Shown piece by piece: positions 38,968 through 46,884 of a stretch of DNA of 57,284 nucleotides (the stretch's first letter is position 1; each line of letters opens with the position of its first letter). The position numbers were made by a program, and so were the translations under genes. Below the pieces are notes generated by a model. It worked only from the letters and a program-made list of their open reading frames with translations, ran no database searches and was not told the origin of the DNA. Source of the stretch: Candidatus Thorarchaeota archaeon (GTDB lineage: Archaea > Asgardarchaeota > Lokiarchaeia > Sigyniarchaeales > SOKP01); assembly GCA_048883105.1 (NCBI GenBank), contig JBHLQY010000005.1, positions 1 through 57,284 on the forward strand, read 5' to 3'.

Positions 38968-39267
38968 ATGGAAAATGAAAAAAGAAAGCCAGCTAGTAGC
39001 CGATTAACTGGACACGTGAAAAAATGAGTCGTTTTCTGACTCATTTCACTCTGGTTCGATTATCGAAAAGGCTATGGCTTTATTAGTGTGAATGGCGACG
39101 AAGGACAAAAAGATATTTTTGTCCATTTTTCTAATATTGACATGGACGGTTTTAAAAAGTTGGATATGGGAGACCGTGTTGAATTTGAAGTAAAAGAAGA
39201 TACAGAAAAAGGAAAGGGACCTGAAGCTTTAAATGTAAAAGTTTTAGTAAAAGATCGTCGATATTAG
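38968..39267 (+). CDS. csp: Cold-shock domain protein, split: exon 1 38968..39021, exon 2 39052..39267 (89 aa spliced)
   Basis: Spliced product [89 protein letters not shown] has GxVKWF, RNP1 KGYGFI and RNP2 IFVHF; absent from the ORF track because of in-frame TGAs. Confidence 0.93.
39022..39051 (+). other. Candidate 30-nt bulge-helix-bulge (archaeal tRNA-type) intron in csp mRNA
   Basis: GTGA(39016-19)/TCAC(39046-49) central helix, 3-nt bulges AAA and TCT, perfect 8-bp intron stem AATGAGTC/GACTCATT; canonical cleavage restores GTG AAA|TGG TTC. Confidence 0.88.
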
Positions 39268-39324
39268 ATATTTAATACTACTGAATTAAATTTTAATTTT
39301 TAATTTAAAGAATAAAATAATAAT

Positions 39325-40329
39325 TTAATCCTCTTCTTCCCATCCTAATTCTTTTAAGACAGAGTCTAATGCTTCAGATTCTTCTTCTAAAACAAATTTA
39401 GTATCGTATTCTGAAGAAACTAATTGTGAGTCAAAATCGGGAGGAGGTAAAGCATCAAGAGATGGTAATTCATCATTTTTGGCTTCAGGAGCAGGTTCTT
39501 GAACTGGTATTTCGTGATATTCCGCTTCTTGAGGGGTTTGTTCTTCAACATCCATTGGTGTATAATCGTTAAGTGGAATAGGAGGTACCTCATCCTCGTA
39601 TAATCTAAATTGACTTTGATCTGCTTGTTTAATTTCTTGAAGAGTTTCTTCAGGAATCGATAAAGTTTCACCCTCTTTTGGAATCCCCACAATCATTGAT
39701 TTGGGAATGGATACAATGTTATTTGTTTCCAACTCTTCAATATCCTCAATACCCATTGCTTCTTTTTCTTCTTGATCCCATTCATCCAAATAACCTAATA
39801 AATCGTCCATTGCCGCTTTGTCATTATCAATTGAGGGTAGCGTTGCAACACTTGCTAAAGCTTCTTCTTCTTTTTGTTGTTGTTGTATTTTCTGTAGCTC
39901 TTCTTCTTGTAGAGAAAGTGCCATTTCAGAAATTTCCTCTCCAGAAATGATTATATTTAATTTTTTTGCCAATTCTCGCAGATAACCAAGATAATATCCA
40001 ATACGATATGGGACGCTTAAACCACTAAATACAATATAGCTTTCATTTATAGCCATTAAAATACTATATCCAGCAGCATTATGTAAAAGGATTTCCATCA
40101 ACGAACCGTGTTGAGTAGCTTTACTGAGTCGAAGTCCGAGGTCGATTAATGCTGTACTTGAAGCAGAAGTCGTATCAGCATCTAACTCTGATGAAGTTGA
40201 GGAGGCAACTCTTAATCCTACTGTTGATAAAACTGATAAATTGTCTAAATCTGTTTTATCTTCTTCTATTTTTAAAACATGCATAACTTTCTCTCTTATA
40301 TCCGCCTCTAATTCTCCCGATGCTGCCAT
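39325..40329 (-). CDS. Roadblock/LC7 domain protein with long acidic C-terminal tail
   Basis: VLSTVGLRVAS...SA...L......L..G.L.EILL....GY pattern; E/D/P-rich tail. Confidence 0.85.
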   Translation of the reverse strand: MAASGELEADIREKVMHVLKIEEDKTDLDNLSVLSTVGLRVASSTSSELDADTTSASSTALIDLGLRLSKATQHGSLMEILLHNAAGYSILMAINESYIVFSGLSVPYRIGYYLGYLRELAKKLNIIISGEEISEMALSLQEEELQKIQQQQKEEEALASVATLPSIDNDKAAMDDLLGYLDEWDQEEKEAMGIEDIEELETNNIVSIPKSMIVGIPKEGETLSIPEETLQEIKQADQSQFRLYEDEVPPIPLNDYTPMDVEEQTPQEAEYHEIPVQEPAPEAKNDELPSLDALPPPDFDSQLVSSEYDTKFVLEEESEALDSVLKELGWEEED

Positions 40330-40444
40330 TTTCTCTCTAACTTTTTCCTATGATCGTGTTTTAATATAAATATAATCTATTTTAGAAAATACTAAGTATT
40401 AAGTATAAACAAAAAATCTATCCTAATATATTTATTTATCTTTC

Positions 40445-41167
40445 TTATTTCAAAAAGTTAATTAAATTCATTTGATGAGCTTGTGGTTTAACAACCTTTT
40501 TAAAACGATAATCCGATATTTCGGTAATAATTTCTTCGATATTCTTTAAAACATCTTCAGCAGTTAAGTCTTCTGTGTTAATAATAAAAATTTTATCTTT
40601 TTCCTTTTTTGATAAGAGAAATTGATTATAATAAGAGATAATTTTCAGTAAATATTCTTTTTCTTGTTCATTCCATTCTCTTCTTATTTTTTCTAGAGAA
40701 CCTCGTTGAATTATTCTTTTTAATATGGTATCAGGTTGCGCAGTTAAATAGATTATATAATCCTCTCTCCACTCAACTGAGTGATACATGTCTAATAGAA
40801 GCTGATAATCCTTTTCTTTTAAATTTAGACTTTTTGAATAAATCAATACGCAAATAGGAGTTCTGTCTAATATAATTATTCTACCATTATATCTTTCGTC
40901 GAATTTTAAAATATTTCTATTTCTTCTCATTAGTTGTTGAAGAAAGTGAATCTCACTTCTAAAAGCTATTTGCTTATCATGGGATCCAAATGGAAAGGGG
41001 GGTATTTTCTTGTATCTCTCTGAATAAAATTTAAATTTATGGTTGTTTTCTCCAATTCTTTTCTTAAATAAGTGATATATAGATGTTTTTCCAACACCAT
41101 GAGCCCCTGCGATTGAAATTACAATATTATCTTTCGAGCCTTTATTTCGATAAATTGTTTTACTCAA
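40445..41167 (-). CDS. Deoxynucleoside/thymidylate kinase family P-loop protein
   Basis: GAHGVGKT, ILDRT, IYLTA...RI..RG. Confidence 0.85.
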   Translation of the reverse strand: MSKTIYRNKGSKDNIVISIAGAHGVGKTSIYHLFKKRIGENNHKFKFYSERYKKIPPFPFGSHDKQIAFRSEIHFLQQLMRRNRNILKFDERYNGRIIILDRTPICVLIYSKSLNLKEKDYQLLLDMYHSVEWREDYIIYLTAQPDTILKRIIQRGSLEKIRREWNEQEKEYLLKIISYYNQFLLSKKEKDKIFIINTEDLTAEDVLKNIEEIITEISDYRFKKVVKPQAHQMNLINFLK

Positions 41168-41294
41168 TCTTTATTACTCCAGAAGAATTAAATTTTGTCG
41201 TATTAATTAGAGAAATGGATATAAATAATAATACTAGAGTTATTAGATTTTTCATATTATTAAGTTTTTATATTTACGCTACAATCTTTTAATG

Positions 41295-42386
41295 TTAAAA
41301 GAAAACCATCAAGATTATAACAAGATTAAAGTAAAAAACACTTGCTATAATTGTATTATAGATGTTCTTATTTATTTCGTAAAGAATTCCGAGTATTAGA
41401 AAGATAAGGAAATTTAGAATAAAAAAGATAATACCTATAAGAAACGAGAATAATATATATAAAGCCGCATAGACAAAGGCTACTATTATAATAACTTCCA
41501 TTTTTCCTGATAAATTTTTATTTTCAAATCTCTCCTTTAGGGTGTTATGTAATACTCCTCTAAATACTATTTCTGTCGAAATAGCTTGTAAACTTATCAA
41601 TACTATTAATAAAATTATCCAAATAAGGTCTGCTTCTCGAATTGCTTTAGATTCTTGTTCGATATATTCACTTATATCAAAAAAGACAAAACCAACCTCA
41701 TTAAGGAAAGAATTTATTAAGCCAGCTAAATAATTTATTGCCAATAATAATATTCCTCCAGCAATTCCAATAAAAATGGCTAATACGATTTTTTTTGAAT
41801 CAGAAGTAAAACCTAATTTTTCGCTATTATGTTTATTGGAATATATGTACCATAAAGGATAAATTCCTATTGCTATACCAGGTATTTGACTTAAAAGAAT
41901 TAAATCAATATTTATTTCTGAAGTTGATTGGAATAATCCTAATTGAAACCATATAAGTATGAACAGGAATAGCTGAATGAACACATATACAATTATACTA
42001 TTCATAAAAACATTTAGGCCTTCTTTTAAATTCCAAGCATCTTTTTTTATCATTAATTCTTGTTCAGATCTCAGTTTTTTGTCTTTAAACACAAAACCAG
42101 GCTTAATTCTAGCTGAACTTTTATAATCTGGGATTGATTCTAATCGTGTATTACATATGGGACACTGTTCAAGAATAGTAGATGTAATTATAGAACCGCA
42201 TCCAGAACAAACTCTCTCTATCGAAACTGGTTTAGAAATTTTAATCTCAGAAATTTTTGGTTCGATTTTTTTCTCACCAGGTTTTATAGTGAGAACTAAT
42301 TTACCACAGGTGGGACAATATATTTGACCTTCTGTCTTTGCTCCACAGTAAACGCAATATTTTAATTTTCTCCCGTTTTCGACCAT
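41295..42386 (-). CDS. Double zinc ribbon + CPBP (Abi/CAAX protease)-like membrane protein
   Basis: Four CxxC pairs; multiple TM helices; TEIVFRG variant of EExxFRG. Confidence 0.8.
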   Translation of the reverse strand: MVENGRKLKYCVYCGAKTEGQIYCPTCGKLVLTIKPGEKKIEPKISEIKISKPVSIERVCSGCGSIITSTILEQCPICNTRLESIPDYKSSARIKPGFVFKDKKLRSEQELMIKKDAWNLKEGLNVFMNSIIVYVFIQLFLFILIWFQLGLFQSTSEINIDLILLSQIPGIAIGIYPLWYIYSNKHNSEKLGFTSDSKKIVLAIFIGIAGGILLLAINYLAGLINSFLNEVGFVFFDISEYIEQESKAIREADLIWIILLIVLISLQAISTEIVFRGVLHNTLKERFENKNLSGKMEVIIIVAFVYAALYILFSFLIGIIFFILNFLIFLILGILYEINKNIYNTIIASVFYFNLVIILMVFF

Positions 42387-42485
42387 TTCAATAAGAGTAT
42401 TTATTCTTAAATCTTAATTTGTTAAATATATTAGTGTAATTATATAATTTATGCTAATTTATTAAAAAACTAAAAAATTTCGATT

Positions 42486-43754
42486 TTAAGATTCTTCATT
42501 TTCTTTGGTAAGATTTTTTTTTGTGATTGTGTAAAGCTCCATAAGTAATAATCCGTGATAATAAGAGATAGAGTCAAAATAACCTTCACCCTCATTCTTA
42601 CCTGCTCGAACCAATGCTAATTGTGCATTAAGCGCCGCCTTCATTAATAATTCTAAACCCTTATATATTAAGTTAGGGCTCCACATTCCACATTGAGGAT
42701 TTGCCCACCATAGAGGACAAGAATACACTCCGCGATCATAAAACCATCTAGCAGTATTATAATAACTAGTGACCTCCCAATTTTTAGTTAGATCTAAATT
42801 ATCAGCTAAATCAAGTAAATTATTCAACCTTTTCATTATTTTCCAATAATACTTATGAATATTATTATCTGGATGCTTCCAAAGAGGATAAGGCACTTTC
42901 GCCTTAATATCATCATAAGTTGTACTCCAACTTGAGTTTCTTGGAATAATCTTTTTATCAATTATCGGGAAATGATTAGGCAACTCAGATATTAATACAA
43001 TCTCTATTTTTTCTTCTTTTATGTCATTAATATTGCCAATTAAGTCTAAAGCTTTTCCTAAAAATGTCTTTTCATAGTTTTTAATATGATGACCAAATGT
43101 TTCTCCATCCATTGCTGTAATAATATATTTATCATTCTTCTCTTTCTTAGATTCACTTTTAAATATACTTTTTAACGATTTTATGAATTTTTTTGCAGTA
43201 ATTTGTTTGAACGAAATTTTATTGCTCAGGATTTCATCTCTAAAAAATAATTGAAGTCCGCTTGGTAAGCGATATATTTTATCGTAAGGCCATTCTATTG
43301 GACAAGCAATTCCGCTCATAATTATCCATTTATATCCAAGTTTGCGTACCAATTTAAGAATTTCTGTTGAAATTGCTAATTCTGGTGGAAAAAACCCTTT
43401 TCTTTGCCAAATATTTCCAAATTCTTTGCGATTTACCAATTCGTTCATTCGAACTTGATGATATGCCTCTTTTTCAGGAATCAAGGGAAGAATTGGGTGA
43501 AATTTGGCAGTACCCATAATTTCAATCTTATTTTCGGACACAAGATTTTTTAGTAAATCTAATGTGTCAGCCATGCCAAATTCGTAAAGAAGATCAATCA
43601 GACAACCATTAATATTTAAACAAAATTTAGCATTTTCGTGGTCTTCTATTATTGAAAATAATGGTTTATAGCACTCCTTATTTATTAATCTCAAAATATC
43701 AATCTCCTGTGTTGGTGGTTGATACAGATGTAATATTGGCGCCCAAAAAATCAT
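42486..43754 (-). CDS. Glycoside hydrolase family 57
   Basis: HLYQP, HPILPL, FPPELA, DGETFGHH, SSWS. Confidence 0.93.
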   Translation of the reverse strand: MIFWAPILHLYQPPTQEIDILRLINKECYKPLFSIIEDHENAKFCLNINGCLIDLLYEFGMADTLDLLKNLVSENKIEIMGTAKFHPILPLIPEKEAYHQVRMNELVNRKEFGNIWQRKGFFPPELAISTEILKLVRKLGYKWIIMSGIACPIEWPYDKIYRLPSGLQLFFRDEILSNKISFKQITAKKFIKSLKSIFKSESKKEKNDKYIITAMDGETFGHHIKNYEKTFLGKALDLIGNINDIKEEKIEIVLISELPNHFPIIDKKIIPRNSSWSTTYDDIKAKVPYPLWKHPDNNIHKYYWKIMKRLNNLLDLADNLDLTKNWEVTSYYNTARWFYDRGVYSCPLWWANPQCGMWSPNLIYKGLELLMKAALNAQLALVRAGKNEGEGYFDSISYYHGLLLMELYTITKKNLTKENEES

Positions 43755-43796
43755 GATCGTTTTAAATCATAATATTTTAATTTCAGATCCATAATT

Positions 43797-44906
43797 CTAT
43801 TTTTCTATAATAGTTTCTTTTATAGCGGTACCAAAATGCGTTGCTCCAGGACCAATATGAACGAGTATTTCGTCGCCCTTTTTAATATCAACGACAGATT
43901 TAGCATTGCCATTAGCGTCAACCAATCGAATAGTCTCTGCATTTTGACATATAAAATTAATTATTATATTTTTGTCTCCTTGAGGTATTTCTATTTCAAA
44001 TCTTAGCATTGGGCGAGTTTCTATTTTAACCCGTCCAACAGATACAATTCGGGCATCTCCTCTATTATTAACAACTAAAACCTTATCTCCACTTTTTAAT
44101 TCGCTTAAATAATTTGTTTTATAGGTATTTATCTCTTGGCCAGGAACTAATATGTAAGCGGAAACATCTCCGGCATTTACTCTGAACGGTCTGGAACTAA
44201 CAAATTGAGTTTCAAATACTTCAGCATGTACTAGGGCAAAACCCATTGCTGTCGAACCTACTAACATTCCTTCACCTGGGCGAAGAAGTGATGTAGTATC
44301 AACACAAACTCGTTCGCTTTCGGGAATATTTTGTATTTTAATGACTTTAGCTTTAGTCAATTCAATATTAAAAGTTGCGTGAAGTAATTTTTTCAAATCA
44401 ACGATATCATTTACATTAGTAGGTTTTATCAATATTCCATCGACTCCTATTTCTAACGTCTTTAACATTAATTCAGCCTCTTTCACATCCTCAACCTCTG
44501 CAATGAGGTCGGTCTCATTGGAATGCATCTCAGCTATAAGATTTTCAAACGGAATAATTTTCCAATCTTTTGCAGCGACTATAATGAAATCTACCATACG
44601 CGTTTTTGATAATTCTATAATCTCTAATTCGTCATCTTTTGATTTTAACTCTTTATAGTATCCAACATTTTCGATGGTATCTGCTTTATCGAATTTATCT
44701 TGAAGCTTTTGCTTGTCAGAATATAATATAAATCTTGGAGTTAATTCTAAACTTCTTGAATATATATTTACTCTCTCAACTTTCTCGAATTCTGGATAAG
44801 TTTCTTTAGAGACTAAAAAATTGAGAATATCTTTATTAAATGCTTCTTGGACTAATTCTTTAAAATCTTGCCCTTTAGACTCGAAATTTAATATTATTTT
44901 TTTCAT
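43797..44906 (-). CDS. aroB': 3-dehydroquinate synthase II
   Basis: WKIIPFENLIA, RVCVDT, RPFRVNAG, GRVKIETRP, QNAETIRL, HFG. Confidence 0.97.
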   Translation of the reverse strand: MKKIILNFESKGQDFKELVQEAFNKDILNFLVSKETYPEFEKVERVNIYSRSLELTPRFILYSDKQKLQDKFDKADTIENVGYYKELKSKDDELEIIELSKTRMVDFIIVAAKDWKIIPFENLIAEMHSNETDLIAEVEDVKEAELMLKTLEIGVDGILIKPTNVNDIVDLKKLLHATFNIELTKAKVIKIQNIPESERVCVDTTSLLRPGEGMLVGSTAMGFALVHAEVFETQFVSSRPFRVNAGDVSAYILVPGQEINTYKTNYLSELKSGDKVLVVNNRGDARIVSVGRVKIETRPMLRFEIEIPQGDKNIIINFICQNAETIRLVDANGNAKSVVDIKKGDEILVHIGPGATHFGTAIKETIIEK

Positions 44907-45092
44907 ATCAAATCAACTAAATCTTTAGTAGTAATTGGTCTATACAAAATTTATTTATTAAAATTTCTATTTTTTCGTAAACTAAGTAAAAATGTTAATG
45001 CTTCAAAATAAATTTTTAAATTAGAAAAATCATATTTAATATAAAATTAAAGTTCATAATTTAAATCCTAATAAATAGAGACGATGTAAAAA

Positions 45093-45746
45093 ATGGGAAA
45101 ATTGGGTAAGAAATTATTTCCTCGCAAAGGAGCGTCTCAAGAAAAGTTAGTAACTTCAGTAAAACGGTATACACGCACATTGGGACTTCGAGCCAAGGCG
45201 CATCAAAAGAGAGCTGAAGTTGCGAGACAAAACGCTAAAATTGCTTTACAGAGAGGAGAAAAGACTAGGGCAAAAAATTATCTTGTACAATACAAAAGTT
45301 ATCAAACTAAAGTTGATCGTATAACTAATATTAGAGCTAAATTCGAAAGACAAATTGAAGCTGTAGAAGAGGGATCGGCAATAGCTCAATCTGGAAATTT
45401 TATGGCACAAATGCGCGACGAACTTAAAACAATTGCAGCAAAGGCATCTCCCGTTAAAATAGCAGAAGTTGCAGAAGATACCGAAATGTATGTTTCGGAG
45501 ATTGAAGAAGCAGGAGATATACTCGCGGGAGATCCCGAAATAGATCTAGGAATTGATGTCTCTGCCGAATTGAATCAGCTTGAAACTGAAATGTTATTAG
45601 ATGCTAGCGGTACGATGCCAACCGTCCCAACGGGAGGAGAAATGCCACAATATATTTCAGATATAGATCTAGAAGATGAAGAAATTCAAACGAAAGAAAA
45701 ACTTGAAGAGGAAATAGAAAAGCTCAGAAAAGAATTAGAAGGCTAA
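45093..45746 (+). CDS. ESCRT-III / Snf7-domain protein (Vps20/32/60-like)
   Basis: Basic helical hairpin (AK..L..G.K.RA...L), acidic C-half, MPTVP MIM2-like motif, terminal helix. Confidence 0.85.
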   Translation: MGKLGKKLFPRKGASQEKLVTSVKRYTRTLGLRAKAHQKRAEVARQNAKIALQRGEKTRAKNYLVQYKSYQTKVDRITNIRAKFERQIEAVEEGSAIAQSGNFMAQMRDELKTIAAKASPVKIAEVAEDTEMYVSEIEEAGDILAGDPEIDLGIDVSAELNQLETEMLLDASGTMPTVPTGGEMPQYISDIDLEDEEIQTKEKLEEEIEKLRKELEG

Positions 45747-45798
45747 AAATAATTTACTCTTTATAAAAAATTAATTTTTCTTGGAAAAGGAGAAATCT

Positions 45799-46818
45799 TT
45801 ATTTAATTTCTTGTAAAGCTTGAACCATATTTTTTATTTTACCCAAAGCTAGTTTATATGCGTTAAGTTCACCAAAAGTCTCTTTTAAAGGTCCAAAACC
45901 ACAGTCCGGTTTTATAATTAAGTTTTCCTTACCGTATAAATCAATAGCTTTTCGTATGTAATTCTTTAAAAAATCAATATTTTCAATATAATCATTTATT
46001 TCTGCATTTTTTCTAGGAGCTACTTTAGTTTGTACAGTACCAACAGCTAAATATTTGTCAGTATCTTCGAAATGTTTCTTTTCAAATATTTTGAAATTTC
46101 CTTCACTAGTTCGAAATTCGTGGTCAAGTATTTTTACATTAGTTTGTAAAAGTAAATCTCGTAGCTTAGGACTAATTCGACCACATACATGGATAGAGGG
46201 AAGATCTTTTATTCCAGATAGAGCTTTATTAAGCGTTTCCACAATAAAATCTTCTGTGTGGAACCAAATCTGCCTGCCTATCAAAAGTCCTAATATGGGC
46301 TCATCTATAGAAATAATATTTATACCTAAATCGCTGTAAGCTTTACCTATTTGTTTCATAATCTCTGATAACTTATCTACAATCCATCCTACCATTATAG
46401 CGCGTGGTTCATTAAAGATTTTTGGCGTGACTCCTTTTGCCACTTCCCTTTCCAACAAAATTTCACTGGCTAAGGTAAATGGTCCCGTTAAACAAGCTTT
46501 TGTTCCTTTAATTAACTTTTTAAGATTAATGTGTTCATTTAAAAAGTTATTAATGAATTCTCCGTATTCTAAAGCGATAGGCTTTTCTGGAATCTTAAAG
46601 TCTTCGCTTAAATAAAATCTTTCACTCTTTTCTTCTAAAGGAACAATGATTTCCGACAGTGGAGATAAAAATTGGGTAATCATTGATACTAATTGTGGAT
46701 AACAAGGATAATCAATACCCATATCTATTTGATCCTCGAAGGCCCTTATCATATTGTCATTTTTATTAATTAATGGCCAGCTTCCTACAACAGTAGTAAA
46801 TAATCCTTCTTTTTCCAT
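45799..46818 (-). CDS. Cobalamin-independent methionine synthase, C-terminal (core MetE) type
   Basis: TTVVGSWP, TGPFTL, IDEP, HVCG, PDCGF Zn ligands. Confidence 0.85.
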   Translation of the reverse strand: MEKEGLFTTVVGSWPLINKNDNMIRAFEDQIDMGIDYPCYPQLVSMITQFLSPLSEIIVPLEEKSERFYLSEDFKIPEKPIALEYGEFINNFLNEHINLKKLIKGTKACLTGPFTLASEILLEREVAKGVTPKIFNEPRAIMVGWIVDKLSEIMKQIGKAYSDLGINIISIDEPILGLLIGRQIWFHTEDFIVETLNKALSGIKDLPSIHVCGRISPKLRDLLLQTNVKILDHEFRTSEGNFKIFEKKHFEDTDKYLAVGTVQTKVAPRKNAEINDYIENIDFLKNYIRKAIDLYGKENLIIKPDCGFGPLKETFGELNAYKLALGKIKNMVQALQEIK

Positions 46819-46884
46819 AAAATTATTAAGTATTAATATGGTTTTAAAGATTATTAATAATTTTTAAAAACAGTAGAAAAGAAA

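Noticed and set aside
39025-39039. In-frame TGAs in csp as selenocysteine or read-through codons
   Set aside because: Read-through would insert 10 residues into beta-strand 1 between K and W of the conserved motif. CSPs have no Cys there, and I recognised no SECIS. BHB excision explains the sequence exactly.
39016-39052. csp insert as a transposon footprint or MITE
   Set aside because: No target-site duplication. The pairing partner of TCAC is exonic GTGA, as expected for a BHB intron, not for terminal inverted repeats.
39052-39060. GGTTCGA resembling a tRNA T-loop
   Set aside because: It encodes W-F-D of the CSP, and no cloverleaf can be built around it.
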